This document shows, piece after piece, positions 10,649 through 24,967 of a stretch of 64,000 nt of DNA. The notes below the pieces were generated by a model, which did no database searches, had not been told where the DNA came from, and was given only the letters and a program-made list of their open reading frames with translations. Position 1 is the first letter of the stretch. Every line of letters begins with the position of its first letter. This stretch comes from Takakia lepidozioides (taxonomy: Eukaryota > Plantae > Bryophyta), in NCBI GenBank assembly GCA_030704615.1, contig CM060731.1:95418001-95482000 (forward strand). The letters run 5' to 3'. Both the position numbers and the translations under genes were made by a program.

Positions 10649-11766
10649 TGTGGGAATGGTGGCGAAGTTTTACGGGTGTCAGAAACGCCCAACCGAGTGG
10701 GAGGGCAAATAAACCTGCTGACAGCAAAGGAGTGGGCCGTGGAGGAGCCACACGAGCCCCAGTTTTTGCTTTACGTGAGACAAGTGGAAGGAGAAGTCGA
10801 TAGAGAGCCGAGCCCAAATTGGATCAAGGGGATCCTGGAGAAATACCAGGATGTGATGCCAGAGGATTTACCAAGCGGTTTGCCACCGCGAAAAGGAGTT
10901 GACCACAAAATAGAGGTGGTGCCGGGATTGGAGCCGCCTGCCAAGGCGCCCTACCGGTTGAGTCACAGAGAGTTGGTCGAGCTGAAGGCCCAGCTCAAGG
11001 ATCTAATGGCAAAGGGGTATATCCGGCCAAGTAAGTCACCTTACGGAGCCCCGGTACTATTCGCAGATAAGAAGGATGGGACGCTGCGGATGTGTGTCGA
11101 TTACACGGCTCTGAATAAGGTGACTATCAAAAACCGGTACCATTTGCCAAGGATTTCAGCCGGATCGATACGTTTGGGTTACCACCAGATCCGGATAGCG
11201 GAAGGAGATGAGGAAAAGACAGCATGCAGGACAAGGTATGGCTCATACGAATTTTGTGTGATGCCTTTTGGGCTCACCAACGCGCCATCAACCTTTAGCA
11301 CCTTGATGAACTGCCTCTTTCAGGAGTGGTTGGATGACTTTGTGATCGTGTACATCGACGACATCTTGGTGTACTCAAAAACGAAGGAAAAGCACCTAGA
11401 GCACCTCAAAAGGGTATTCCAGAAATTGCGGGAATGGAAGCTGTATGCCAAAGCTTCAAAGTGCAAATTCGGGGTCACGAAAGTGGAGTTCCTAGGGCAT
11501 GTGATTACACATGATGGGATCAAAATGGATGACAGAAAGGTGAGGGTGATCTTGGACTGGGAACCTCCGACTTTGGTCCCGGGAGTGCGATCCTTTCTGG
11601 GACTCGCCTCCTACTACCGAAAGTATGTGAGAAATTTCGCCAAGATCGCGGGGCCATTGTCAGACCTTTTGTGTAAGTCCAAGGTACTTTTTGTGGCCAA
11701 GCTTTTGCCGAGTTGAAGCAGCGGATGGTGGAAGCTCCAGTCTTGAAGATCCCGGAATTCGACCGT
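10649..11766 (+). pseudogene. Internal fragment (RT and start of RNase H) of the same chromovirus family as 45421-52438
   Basis: YIDDIL RT motif; high similarity to rc of 48915-50082 with small internal deletions; no LTRs. Confidence 0.9.
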
Positions 11767-11852
11767 CAAGTGTATAATTCCTCACAAAAAAATAGGGTGC
11801 AAGAAGATGAATGTAATATAATTGCCACTTTCTCCTTCCCGAATGTGGAATG

Positions 11853-14306
11853 TCAAGCAGTCCGACCAGTATCCTGCCATAGGGCCTTGTGCAGCTCGTT
11901 GAAACTTAGTGTTGGAGCATGGATGAAGACGTCCACTGCGGATATGCAACTCATGCGCTTCATAAAATGTAATAAAGGTGTTTGCAGGGGACGTATGCTG
12001 CATTCTTCGATTCCATAACAAGGAAGTCCTCACAGTTGCAAGCTGGGTACTGTGAAACCGTGATTGCATACACGACACTGCGTGCAGTAGACCCGGCTGT
12101 TGACAACTGAAATATGCGCCCCATCCCGGGGTGAGGAACATCCCTGCAACCTTGCACTATGCAGGGCATTGCAAGAGCGTTGGCCATCCTGGTGTCGTTC
12201 GCCTTTGTTGGTGGCCGCCGTCTTTTCAGTTTACCCCACCGATGGGTGGGCCAAGCTGCGGGGTCACCCACCGGTATGCGGGGCGAAGAGCTTCTCGTGG
12301 GAGGAGGATGACGATTGGGAATTGGATTTCGTGGAACGTCTGTCCTCTCCACCAGTCGAAACCCTGCACTTCCTAGAGCGTCTGCCTCCTCCAGGGTAAG
12401 ATCTGTACCACTTGCCACAGGCCAGACTGCCGGTGGTTCAGGCATGCCTTGTACACCATACTTGGGCTTGCCGAACACACACGACATGATGTCGTGCCTG
12501 CAGAACCAAAACCGCCTTCAGTGTGGCCTCCACAAACTTTTGCGCAAACAAAAATCTCCCTGTGAAGCACTGGGCAGGCACAACCGCCTTGCGGCTTTCT
12601 CCAATCATCTCATTGCATCTCTGGTTGGTGTCCCACGAACAACACAACCATTTGCCACGAAATTCGGCGGGTTCCTGCAATTCTCCACTGCGAGGCCGAC
12701 ACATCTCGCTCCACGATTGGAATGCTGTATTGGTAACGAAACAGGACACAATGCCATCCTCGGGCATGTTGTCCGAGTCTGGCAGCGATTCCCATGGTGC
12801 TCAGGAGAGGGGGTACAAGTCCTGCTTCGTGGAGGCGGTGGGACGCAACATCGTTGCGGCCCCGAGGTGAGTGCGGATGTTCATATCTGATCCTCCATGA
12901 ATCCCCTCCCCTCCGGGCATGTCCTCAATTCTTCTCTTCACCGGCCGGCTGCGGACATCGCCCTCCAGGAGTTCCCCCGATGTGTAACGGCGTTGACCTT
13001 ATTGTTTCCCTCAATGCAGCAGTCCATTTTTTGGGATGGTCGAACGATCGCCGCCCTCATCAGCATCTCCTACCGTTATGGTCCGATACCCCCTTGCTTT
13101 CCTCCCAGAACTTGTTAGTAATAGATTGTTGCATGATGGCCCTCACAATATCTTTCTGTTGTTGCTGTCAACCTGTTCAACTAGATGTGCTGGCGAGAAG
13201 CACGCCAGGATAGTGCCCGATTCGGGCCATGTTCGTCGTCGGCATAACCGTGTCATCCTCCAAGCTCATGTCCTGTTTGAAGGAAATTAGATATTTCACT
13301 GATTGTGGAGAATGTCCCACGCACAAACCGAAACATTGTCAAGTACAGAAATGTGTTTACCTGTCTCATGTAGTCTCCAAACTGCGGAATCTATAACCAC
13401 CACGCAAGCCACGTTGCAGGTCCTGGCTGATCTTTCACATCCACTCCCCTGAAGACAACCCACCAGGCGCGTATGGTTGCAAACTCGGTCTCCGCCTCGT
13501 CTATGGAATTCGCATTTTTCCACGCTAGGCACATACTGATCTGATCCTCCTGCCGTGGCGTGACGCCACGAACCTTTCGTGTTTTGCGTCAAACTCTGCA
13601 TGAAGTTGAAACCCGCAAGATCTCCTCATTCCTTCCATTGGAGTCTTTGGGTCTCCCCATATACCCTCCTAACTGGCAAGCCCAGTTTGCTTGGGCATTG
13701 TCAGCCATGAAGCCCCGTAAAATGGAGGGGGCAACTTGGCTTCCAGCCATTTGCTCATTAATCCGCGCCCACATATGCAACTCCGAATCTGGTCTTCTCC
13801 CTTCATTTCGCAGATAGCACTGTCATCAAACTTTCTGCAATGTGGTTCGTATACATGTCCCCCATTGTCACCCAAGCGTGGTGGTAATGTTCGACGGAAT
13901 GTGGTCGAACATGACCCAACATTTTGAAGGTCTCAAAACATGGGCATCCCGCTTCACCAAATCGACCCGCTCCCCCGGTCCGCACGTTGACATCTTAAAT
14001 ATGAAGCACCTGTCCGTCTCCCGGCCTTGCATTGAAAGAAGCTGCCTTGGATGAGTCGTAGCCGCTTCGGCTTCACTTCCAGATGAGTGCATGTCTATCC
14101 TCTTCCGATTCGTTTTTGCAAGCTGACAATGTGTTCCTGACATTGGGGCTGGGCACACTGGGATAACAGCTTCCAGCAGGTCCTCATGTCCCCCCCCCTT
14201 GCCCACGGCCATCTTCTCTCCTTTGTGCTTCCGTCCTCCGACTTATTGGCCAATTGCAATCCTTGTGCCGATGCTAGCTGTATCTGCTTTGGTTTTGCAC
14301 CCAGGC
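11853..14306 (-). pseudogene. MULE transposase with SWIM finger, 5'-truncated (probably subfamily A)
   Basis: WVMFDH, FMADNAQANW, C.FH, TTNMA(E) and SWIM CNCEDF...PCKHLYYI motifs; intron ~13274-13360 in the same position as in copy B; several frameshifts; cut at 14306 by G1. Confidence 0.85.
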
Positions 14307-14427
14307 TGTTAGAGGACTGTAGGGGACTTAGACACTTATACGGGATCTGTAGGGTACCCTTAATTTTTGCACAGACTGAGACCAACAGGAGCCTTAGGGG
14401 TGACAGCAGCGCACTGTAGAGGGGGTT

Positions 14428-14725
14428 TACACAGCCAACACCCAACACAGCCCGTCACAGTCGTCACAGCCCACACAGCCGACACAGCAGTCACACAGCC
14501 CCACAGCCGACACAGCCGTCACAGCCCCACAGCCACACAGCATCACAGCCCTTCACAGTCTCACAGCCCACACAGCCAACACAGCCCGTCACAGTCGTCA
14601 CACAGCCCACACACAGCCGACACAGCCCCACAGCCCTTCACAGCCGTCACAGCAGACACAGCCACACCCCAGCCAGTCACAGCCCGACACAGCCAAACAC
14701 ACAGCCAGTCACGCTTGACACAGCT
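14428..14725. repeat. (ACACAGCC)n-like microsatellite tract
   Basis: Directly visible. Confidence 0.9.
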
Positions 14726-15233
14726 GTCACGATAATAGGGAACGAACATTGGGGAACAACACCTGTGAAGGGAACATGTTAGTTCACAGACGACGGTTAG
14801 AGAGGGAAACGGTTAGAACCGCGGATAGGAGGATAAAGGGAAAAACGGGGAATGAGAGGGGAGAGGATCATTATTCGGAGGGGGACTTCTGAGTGAGGCT
14901 GGAGCGGAGATCGGAGGCAAAAGATGGAGAGCACGTGAAGGAGGAAAGAGGATTAGTAGATGCTTGATATGGCAAAGCTGTAGTGATATTGTAGAGCAGA
15001 TTAGAGACATAATGGCTTCGGCCTGATACCTGATAAATCATAATCTGATACTTATACGATACAATCACACTGTGTAGAGAGATCTGAGTGAAGCTGTGGA
15101 TTGAATGGATGAGTGAAGAAAACCGATAGATTGATGAGCAAACTGATACTTATTATCAATGGTAAGGTAGCTAAGATGAATGCGGAAAGGGAAACAAATA
15201 GGAAACACCCCCATGATACACTAGCTGTAGGTC

Positions 15234-15932
15234 ATGACTGATTGTTCTGCGCGGGCTGAGTACTTAGAGATTTCCAACTCTTCTATCTTGGAGTTTCCTC
15301 CGCCTCGGATAGCGAAGGGATGGGTGAGTAAAAGCCGCGCGACATTTGGCGACCATACTGGGGACCTGGGACATGAACAACCAGATGTGACAGGCATCTG
15401 GTGGGATCATGGTGGTTGGACCATTAAAGAATTTGAAGTGAATCAAATTCCCTGTGGAACGAAGGAAGAAAGATTGTCCAAACGATTCTTTCAAAGGTTC
15501 TTGGAATTGCCAGACGGTTGTAAAGAAAATATTCTTAAACGAGTGCATGATGCTGATCCAGAATGGGGTCTGGAGAAAGGAGTGATAAAGATTTATCAGG
15601 TAGCCTGTAGAGGAAGAGCACGTTGGTTACCAACATTGGTTTATGTGATAGCGTTGCTATCCATTAAACGAGTAGAGTTTGAAGGCTGGGAAGAAAGAAA
15701 GGTGAATGTTTATACTCATATGCATGAAGAGCTTGTACTGGTAAAGAATTGGATTCCAAAGGATATTTTGTGGATCAAACTCACACCAAGAACAGCTTTT
15801 CAGACTTGTTTGCCATATGGTTATATGGTAACGGAGACTTCAAGTATAGCCAAGGGTGCATTGAAGCTTGAAAGAAACCCAGGCATATACGAGAGATATT
15901 ACAGAAGAGAGTTTTGGTTATTGCCACATTAA
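15234..15932 (+). CDS. G1 ORF1, 232 aa, unknown function (F-box-like segment FLELPDGCKENILKRV)
   Basis: Intact ORF conserved in three copies; ends ~20 bp before the gag ATG at 15954. Confidence 0.75.
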   Translation: MTDCSARAEYLEISNSSILEFPPPRIAKGWVSKSRATFGDHTGDLGHEQPDVTGIWWDHGGWTIKEFEVNQIPCGTKEERLSKRFFQRFLELPDGCKENILKRVHDADPEWGLEKGVIKIYQVACRGRARWLPTLVYVIALLSIKRVEFEGWEERKVNVYTHMHEELVLVKNWIPKDILWIKLTPRTAFQTCLPYGYMVTETSSIAKGALKLERNPGIYERYYRREFWLLPH

Positions 15933-15953
15933 AAGAAATGAAAGACATGGGAC

Positions 15954-18900
15954 ATGAGTGATGAAAGAAAGCTAGACGACAGAGATATTCATCAAAAGAG
16001 AAAGCTATCTGAAAGCTAATTATCCATATCTTTGGGAGAGAGGAATAGACATAGGGGAATCATCTGGACCTCTCACACCATCAAGATCAAAAAGTGCATC
16101 ACCCTATACCGGAAGAACTAGAGTTGGATGCCACTCCTTCTGTTTCTTTTGCAAGAGATTAAGGGAATTGGTACAGGAAGAAGATCAATCACGAGGTGAA
16201 AGATCTGAGGTACATCCTTGGATAAAAGACTTGACAGAAATCTTTGATAAGAGTTGGCATGGAACACCAAAAGCAGGAACTCCAGTTTCTGAAGCAGAAG
16301 ATGAAGAAGGAGAAGAGGATGTGGCAGAGCCAACGGAGAGTTCAGACTCTCCAACACCATTACAGTTGAGTTACATGAGTGAAGAAGAAACCCAAGGGCA
16401 GAACTTGGAGGATGAAAACAGAGAGAAGAAATAGAAGAGGAAGAATATGAAGAAGTAGACCCAACAGCTGAGGTTGAGACTACACCCAGGACATCCCAAC
16501 CCGTTGGACCTGGATCAAGTGGAGCACTTGGATCACAGGCCAACGAAGGTGTCGGCTCAGGGGATCAGGCGGGCTGCCTGGATCTGGCTCTGGGGGGACA
16601 GGGAGTGTGGGAAGTAGTGCAACTGAAGCTGGGAATACTGTGAATATCGTGGGACCAGAAGCAAGGAGTGCTCAAGGGCCACCACTTGGTGGAAGATCCA
16701 CCACAAAAACAACAGGTCCAGAAGGACCAGCACCAGCAAGGGTGCCAGCACCTGTCAGTGGGCAGAAGGTAGGGCCACAGATGGCGTTACAACCAACACG
16801 GGCAAAACCACCCTTTCCAATATATTCAGGAAAAGGGGATCCCGATGTACACATTAGCCAATTTGAGCACATGTGTATAGTGAACATGAGAATGGCGATG
16901 ATGCCAAGATGAGACTGTTTCCTTGTTCACTTATCAAGAAAGCAAGTGAATGGTATGCAAGATTCCCTGATAATCATTTCCTAACCTGGAATGGCTTGAA
17001 TACAGCATTTCGAAATAGGTTCAGGACAAGTAAAACTGAGGATGAAGTGTATGGAAGTTTACAACAGCTGAAGCAGAAGAAGCATGAAACTGTTGAAGAG
17101 TATATGGAGAAGATGGAATTGATGATGAAAAAGCTGGCTGCAGTACCAGCGCCCGGTTTACAGAAGACTTGGTTTGTGAGTGGATTAAGACCCAGAAGTT
17201 ATGCTAATACAGTGGAGGAGGCATTTGAAACTGCGAACAGAATTGAGCAATTGGGAATGCTCAGGAGAGAAAAAAAGAAGATGAGGACTCTGAGGATGAG
17301 TCAGATGAAGAAGAAGAGCAAGAACTAAAAGAAAGAGTAAGAGAAAGGAGAAGTTGAAGAGGGATAACTATGAAAAAAAATTGGAAGAAATCTTGAAGAA
17401 GTATGCCACAGAGGCTGCAACACATTGGAGGAAGGTGTATGGTGTGCAAAGTGCCAGAATGAAGGCCATACCACCACAGAATGCCACATGAAGGAGAAAC
17501 ACTGTACTATCTGTAAAATGGATAACCATTCTACTGAGAATTGTTACTACAACAGAAGGACAGCTGCAAGAGAACCTAGGCAAGTAAGGGTGCATCAGGT
17601 GCAGCCCCAGCCAAGAAGAAACAATGATCAGGACCACTATGGTAGGTCTGGTGGTTATAACAATGGCATGGAAGGGAGAGGTAATTCAAGAGGGAATTAC
17701 CAAGGAAATTCCAGAGGCAACTATCAGGGTAATCCAAGGGGGAATTACCAGCCCGGGAATCAGGATTATAGAAATAATCCAAGAACAGACCAGGGCGAGG
17801 ACCCAATGGTGAAGAGCTATGTTACTATTGTAATCAGCCAGGACATCGCAAGGCAGCCTGTTCATTCTGGATAAGACACCAGAATGAGATGAGAGCTCCT
17901 GTGAATGAGGGCCCAGTGGTGGCAGCTCACATGGTTAGGCCATGTGTTGTACCAGAAGTAAGTACAATGATAGTAACAAGAAGTAAAGCCAAACTAATAC
18001 CTCCAGTAGAAGAGGAAGAAGATGAGACTGGAAGTGGCAATGATATGCCTGAAGATGAAGAGACTTGGAAAGATGAGAAGGAACTGCACAAGGAAGTGGC
18101 AGATACTATAAGGGAAATGCAAAAGAGTACTGATATTCCTGTGGCAGATTCCTCTGATTCGGATGGAGAAAAAGAAGGGAGTGAGGAAGAAAGGAAAAAA
18201 AAAGATGCAGACATGCAAAGTAATGAAGAGACTTTGGCTGCAGTAATATGTCAGACCAAAGCAGAAATTACCATTGGACAGCTATTAGCTGTGGCACCTT
18301 ATTGTAGGCACAGGCTGTATCAGGCAATCAATCGAATTGCCCAAGAGACAGGAAACACAGACCTGAACAGCAAGGTGACCAGTTATAATGTGAAGCCGGA
18401 AGGGCGAGAACCAGTCATGGACTTTGATGATTCTATGCCAGTAATCCATTGAGAATTGGAAGCACAGAACTAACTGATGTACTGATAGATGGTGGTTCTG
18501 GAGTAAATATCATGACAGACCAATTAAGGAAGAAGCTTGGTCTAAGTAACATGAAACCAGCCCCATTTACAGTAACAATGGCAGATCAAAGAAGTGTACA
18601 GCCATTGGGATTAATAAGAGGAGTTAAGATACAGATACAGAAAATGATCTTTATGATCACAGTAACTGTATTAAAAATGGATGAAGTCATGGAGGCTTAC
18701 TCCTTATTATTGGGACGTCCGTGGCTGAAACAGGCCAGGGTATTCCATGACTGGAATTCTCAGTTACTAACTGTGCATAATGGGATGCACGAGATACAAA
18801 TTACCACAAAGAAATCTAGTAGATTACCTGCTACAAGAAGACCTCGAGGAGTCAGAGAGTATGACTGGAGAGGAGGACTGGATGAGGAGCAGGAAGCTAC

Positions 18901-21900
18901 CCTATTTGCTGCACACCCAGAGTGGGAGCAGGTTGCAGAGATGCGGCTGGAAAGCCTAAGTTGTTTAAGAGGTATCTGCTGTGGTGTAGTGCGGCAACAC
19001 CATTGAAGAGGAAACCAGCATTTACCCATCACATTTCTATGAAGAAAGGAGGGAGAGATAGAAATCCTAGAAGAACCAGCCACTGTGAGCTTAAAGGATG
19101 AAGTGGTGACTGGTTGGACAATCACAGCTGATGAGCAGGTGAGAGAAGTAAATGTGGGAACTCAGGAGGAACCGAGAATGGTGAAAGTAGGAGCTGATTT
19201 GGAGCCGGAATTCTTCGAAGAAGCTAAAAGCTTGTTCATCAAATACAGAGATGTATTTGCTTGGAGCTATGAGGATCTAAAAGGATACCACCTGAAGTCT
19301 GTCAGCATAAGATTGAACTGGAACCAGGGTCAGTACCAATCAAGCAGGCGAGGTATAGAATGAATCCCAACTACGCACAGAAGGTTGGAGAAGAGATAAA
19401 GAAGTTGGCTGAGGCTAAGTTTATATACCCAATAGAGTATACAACTTGGTTGTCACCCATTGTGTTAGTTCCAAGAAGAATGGCAAACTAAGAGTATGTG
19501 TGAACTATAAGAAGCTGAATGCTTGTACGAAGAAAGATCCTTTCCCTTTGCCATTCACGAAGCAGTATTAGACACTGTGGCAGGCCATGAGATGTACTCA
19601 TTCATGGATGGCTTCAGTGGTTATAATCAAGTGCAAGTGGCAGAAGAAGACCAAGGGAAAACAGCTTTCATCACAGACTGGGGGGCTTATGCATACAAAG
19701 TCATGCCCTTTGGACTTTGTAATGCACCAGCGACCTTTCAGAGAGTGATAAGTGAATCTTTTCATGAGTATCTGGATGATTTCATGCAGGTATTCTTGGA
19801 TGATTTCAGTGTGTACAGCTCTAAGAGTGAGCACTTGCATAAATTGGAGTTATGTTTGGCCAGATGCAGGATGAGAGGTCTGGGCTTGAATCCAGAGAAG
19901 TGTACTTTCTGTGTGAACTCAGGGGTGCTTCTGGGACACATTGTGTGTAAGAAGGGACTTCTTGTGGATCCCAGGAAGACAGAGTCCATTAAAGTCTCTC
20001 CACCACCAGTGAATGTTAAGAGTTTAAGGAGATTCCTTGGGCAAACCAGTTATTACAGAAGATTTGTCAAAAGGTATGCACAAATAGCAGCACCATTGAG
20101 CAAGCTTCTGAAGAAAGATGCAGTGTTTGCCTGGACAGCTGAATGTCAACAGGCGTTTGAGGAACTTACACTGTCAGTAACAACTACACCTGTGCTGATT
20201 AACCCCCACTGGCACTGCATGTAGTATTTCATGTTCACTGCGATGCATCAGGAGAAGCGTTGGGTGCGGTGTTAGCCCAGAATGTTACAGGGAATATAGA
20301 TTCACCTGTGTACTATGCTAGCCGGTTGATGAACAGTGCTGAGAGGAACTATAGTACAACGGAAAGAGAAGCATTGGCAATGATTTATGCAGTCAAGAAA
20401 TTTCAGGCATTACCTATTGGGAAGAAAGTTTATGTTTTATGTGGATCACCAGGCTCTGATATATCTGGTGAACAAACCTTTGATAAGTGGAAGGATAGCG
20501 AGGTGGTTAATAATCTTGCATGAGTTTGAGTTCGAGGTTATTTACAAGCCTGGCCGTTTGCATCTTGTGGCAGATCATTTGTCACGACTAACAACAGGAG
20601 AGGCCGCCACAGGAGTGGACGATCAGTTACCTGATGCGAGTTTATTTTAATGGAGGTGCAAGGAAGTGCAGATGAATGGTTAGATTGGCAGTGGCCAATC
20701 AGATACTACCTTGCTCATGGTCAGTGCCCACCTAGTTATGGTAAGGAGCAGAGGAAGAGAATTGCTATCAAAGCTTTACCTTATACTATGGTAGGAAGCA
20801 GAATGTATAAGTTAGGACCTGATGGAGTACTAAAACGATGCTTGTACCACCATGAAGTAAATAAAGTCTTGGAGGAAGTTCATAAAGGAGTGGCTGGAGG
20901 TCATTTTGGAGAAGAGACTACCAGTAGAAAGATACTACTCGCAGGATACTGGTGGCCTACTTTGTTCAAAGATGTACATGAGTATTGTCAGAAGTGTGAT
21001 GAATGTCAGAGGCTAGGACCTTTGCAGAGATCTGGAAGGATGGCCTTGCATCCTACAATGCCTACGGAACCATTTCAGAAATGGGGACTAGACTTTGTTG
21101 GACCAATTAATCCACCATCCAAGAATACACGAAACAGGTACATAATTACAGCCACTGATTATACTACAAAGTGGGTGGAAGCTAAAGCTTTGAGGGACAA
21201 CACAGCCAAGTCCACAGCAAGGTTCCTGTACGAGAACATACTACTTAACGATTTGGCTGTCCCTTAGAATTTATCAGTGATCAAGGAAGTCACTTCATGA
21301 ATGAGACCATTGAGTGTTGACTAAAGAGTTTATGATTGTGCATAGAAAGAGTACAACATATTACCCACAGGTAATGGGCAGGCAGAGGCTACCAACAAAA
21401 TACTATGTACTATCTTGGCTAAGATAGTCAATCAAAACAGAACGGATTGGGATACAAAGCTGCTGACAGCTTTATGGTCATACAGGACTTCATATAAAGT
21501 CACCACTAAGTATAACACCATTCCAATTAGTTTATGGTATGAAGCCTTACTTCCAGTGAAATTCCTGTTACCTACCATGAGAACGGAGTGGGGAAAAAGA
21601 ATGGAATTGCAAGACTCCATCAAGGTCAGGAAACATGAATTATACCATGTGGAAGAAGTACGTGCTGATGCAGCTGATAATATGACCAGAATTCAGATGA
21701 AGCGAAAGGAACAGTTTGATGAAGGCAAATTAAAGACTTTTAAGACGGGGGATTTGGTTCTATGGTTGCAGAAGAAAGGAAAGATTCAAGCTTCTAAGCT
21801 CAAATCACCGTGGAAAGGACCTTATGTCATACAAAAGATGTATGATAACACACCGCCATGTTACAAACCATTAACAAAGAAATGCTGGGAAGAGTCAATG

Positions 21901-21930
21901 CAAATAAGTTGAAGGGTTACAGTGGTATCC
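15954..21930 (+). pseudogene. gag-pol polyprotein of G1, multiply frameshifted
   Basis: Gag (YSGKGDPDVH, LKQKKHETVEEY, CCHC knuckles), protease VLIDGGSG (~18480), RT FMDGFSGY/FLDD (~19600-19800), RNase H CDAS/EREALA, integrase H-H-C-C and D-D-E core (20880-21400). Confidence 0.92.
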
Positions 21931-22059
21931 ATGACAAACCCCTGCAGCATGATTTGCATATAGAACCGCAAGAACAGTCACGGCTGCACCAGTGTTACGA
22001 ACGGAGTATGGAACACTTGTTGCTAGGCCCAGCATATACGACCGGGTGGGCAAAACAAA

Positions 22060-22345
22060 CGTGACACAGCTATACAACACACACCCATCACGACGTGACA
22101 ACAGCAACCACAAAACAGCCCATCACGACGTGACACACACAGCCCATCACAGCCCATCACGACGTGACACAGCCAACCACAGCCTTTCACGACGTGACCA
22201 CCAACCACACAGCCCAGCAAGGCGCACACAGCCTATAACACATACCACAGCTTGTCACAGCCTATCACAGCTTACCACAGTGCATCACACACAGCCTATC
22301 ACAGGTAACACAGTATGACACAGCCTGTTACAGCTCAACACAGCC
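22060..22345. repeat. CACAGC-rich low-complexity tract downstream of pol
   Basis: Directly visible; same motif class as 14428-14725. Confidence 0.8.
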
Positions 22346-22361
22346 TACTAAAGTTACACCA

Positions 22362-23004
22362 TCCATAGATCAGTGGCAAGTGGACACATAATAACTTCAA
22401 GAAAATGGATGACGGAAGAGGAAACGAAATTACTTTAAAAATAGACACGTGGAGGTCAGGGCGCGACACACAGCAGACAATGAAGTGCAAGGACAGGTGT
22501 CAAAAAGAAAGAAGACAAGAACGGCCGTCAAAAGGGATGAAAGCCAGGCCCATTAATGAATATGGAAAAAGGGAAACGGAACGAACGGCAAGTACGGAAA
22601 AGCCGAATTCATGTCGCATGTGTGATCCTAGTGGACTATCCAACAGGGAAGTCCACTAAAGAAGATAAAATTTAAAATCCAGTCACAGCAGATACAGCCA
22701 ATAGAAAACCAGAGAAATGATCAAGAAAATGGAGGGAAATTGAGCGCAAGAGGCGGCGTCGTTCTGAGTACGGCGTCTCGACAGGACAGGCCATAAATGC
22801 TATAACTTGGAAACTAATGAGGAACTAACAGACTATACGCTCGCAATATTACTTACGCAGTGGCATAGACACGAAACGACAGAGCAGAGCTTTTCTCTTG
22901 AGCAATGCTTGCAAGCCCCGCAGGCTTACAAGAGATTACCCATAGCTTTCTGCGGCAACCATACGTTTATGCTTGTGGCACTACAGGCATTCCTGCAGTT
23001 GTTA
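22362..23004 (+). repeat. Diverged ~640-bp direct repeat, copy 1 (copy 2 at 24968-25636)
   Basis: Shared GACACGTGGA.GTCAGGGCGC and EELTDYTLAILLTQWH...CLQAPQAYK.LPIAFCGNHTFML in both copies. Confidence 0.85.
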
Positions 23005-23030
23005 CAGCCAAAGCGTTCTGTGAGTCTAAG

Positions 23031-24960
23031 ATGAAGAGAGTGAGAGGAATGGAGGAAATCAGGGTGAAGAGCACCACAATTCTGCAGAAACAAACGATGG
23101 TACCCCACAGGCGATAAAGATACTGGAGGAGCTGAGATTGGAAGGATTGCAAAGCCTAGATTGGACACTACACCATAGACAATACATGTTACAATTTTTG
23201 CAGAACTTTGAGCCAAGGACAGGAAAACAACGGTGAAGGGAGTTGAATTAATGCTTACTCCCCTATACCTCCAGCAATTGTTTCGATTGCCAGCAGGTCA
23301 GGTGCATGTGGGGGAACACAGGGCAAGACTGCAAATAGGGGACTTATTCCAAGAAGGGAGTTTCTTTAAAACTCAGGTTATGCTTGTACCAAAGCTGTGT
23401 ACCAGGGTTAAAAGAGATAGGCCAGGTATTGAACGTTCTGTTTGCCCTGAAACAGAACCACAATATTTGAGCAGATCCTTCACAGAGGAAATACCAAAGG
23501 CCTGAAGGACAAGAGGTACAATGGGCGGACATAATGTACAACGCACTAGTAGAGGAGATGAAAAGATTACAAGGTACTACCGCAAAGTCTCCTATCATAG
23601 TGTCTGGCCCAATCATTGCTCAAATAATCCTTAATTCTGGCATACTTAATGCACAAGAAAGGAAGGAATGGGAGTGTTTGAGCCAGAAACAACTGCAATG
23701 GAAGAGCAAGGCTCTTCACACAGTGAGGGTGGACTAGCAGCACAACCCGAGACTAAGAGGCAGAGAAGGGGAAAGACTGTAGTGGCGGATCCACTGGCTT
23801 CACGGATTCCGCATGATTAATTTCCCAAGCTCATGGCCAGGAAGGGGCACAGCAGCACAGACAAATGCTATTACTGGAAGCAGACCTTCAGAGAGGGAGA
23901 GGAAGTTACTTCTGCATCACAGCCAACACAGCCACTTGAACGACTTGTCACAAGGTCACAAGTTATCCATGCAGCTCAACCCGAAATAATTGATTTGGAA
24001 AGTGAGGGATAGATATTCCAACTACAGAACAGATAGTGGCAGAAATAGAGAAAGGGGACCTTCTCTATGAATATTCTGGTCTGGTCAAGGAGACATAAAT
24101 CCCAGAGGTGCAACAGTTGCCCAGGGAAATCCTGAGGGTGCATATAATGCACACACCTGTGTCGGAGGTACCACAGGCGGAAGGTCATGACACTGTAACC
24201 CAGTCATAGATGAAGTAGTTCAGGAAGAAAATCCGGTGGGACAATGGCATGAATGGTTAGTGAGACATCATACTGTTGAGATCAGGAGGAACAGCAGCAC
24301 CCTCACCATGATGACCCTCAACAGGCAATGCTGATGAGTTCCATAGGCAGGACACTTAATTTGTTGGGGACTTATGTCAAATCCCATGTTCCAATTACCC
24401 AATTGACAGCCTTGAAAGAGGAACTCAGGAAGAGTTTGAGGCTCGACTTGCCACTGAGTGTGCAAACAAGGTCGATGAAGAGGTCACTCTCAGATGAAGC
24501 AGGACTTGGGCAATACAGAAATGGCTTTGCAGTTGGCCAAGCAACAATTGATTGAGGCAGGCCTCGCGCAAGACCAGTTGCACGAAGCACATAAGCAACA
24601 GCTATACCAAATGCAGGTGCAGCATGAGAGCAAGTTGCAAGAACTGAATGCACTACATACGGAGTTGCAGACAGTGCATAACAGGATGGCGATACATGTG
24701 CTACATTTACAACTATGCTTGACCAATCAACAAAAGAAATAAACAGTCAAGCGGAAAATGTACGAAGGCAGAAGAAGAGAATGTTGAGCAAATGAAGCTC
24801 ATTGTCGATATGAAGAATACAATCTGTCGCAATGAAGATACTTTCAAGCAATACAGGCAGAGGGAAGCTGATCAAGAGCAACACATCGTGGAGTTGCAAC
24901 AAACCATCGTGGCCAATAGAAATGAAATCGCGGTCAGTAACAAGGCTTCGAAGGAAGCCA
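23031..24960 (+). pseudogene. G1 3' additional ORF (plant-transposon-type domain followed by coiled coil), degraded
   Basis: Fragmented frames VKGVELMLTPLYLQQLFRLP..., W.DIMYNALVEEM..., then Q/E/L-rich heptads at 24490-24950. Confidence 0.5.
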
Positions 24961-24967
24961 ATACAAA

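Noticed and set aside
14714-14732. CTTGACACAGCTGTCACG in G1 resembling the G2 end-to-end junction
   Set aside because: Lies at the edge of a CACAGC tract where such a match is easy, and no equivalent is clear in copy L1; insufficient support.
14367-14749. His/Ser/Thr/Gln-rich ORFs (also 21992-22318 and 26783-27088)
   Set aside because: Translations of CACAGC microsatellite tracts.
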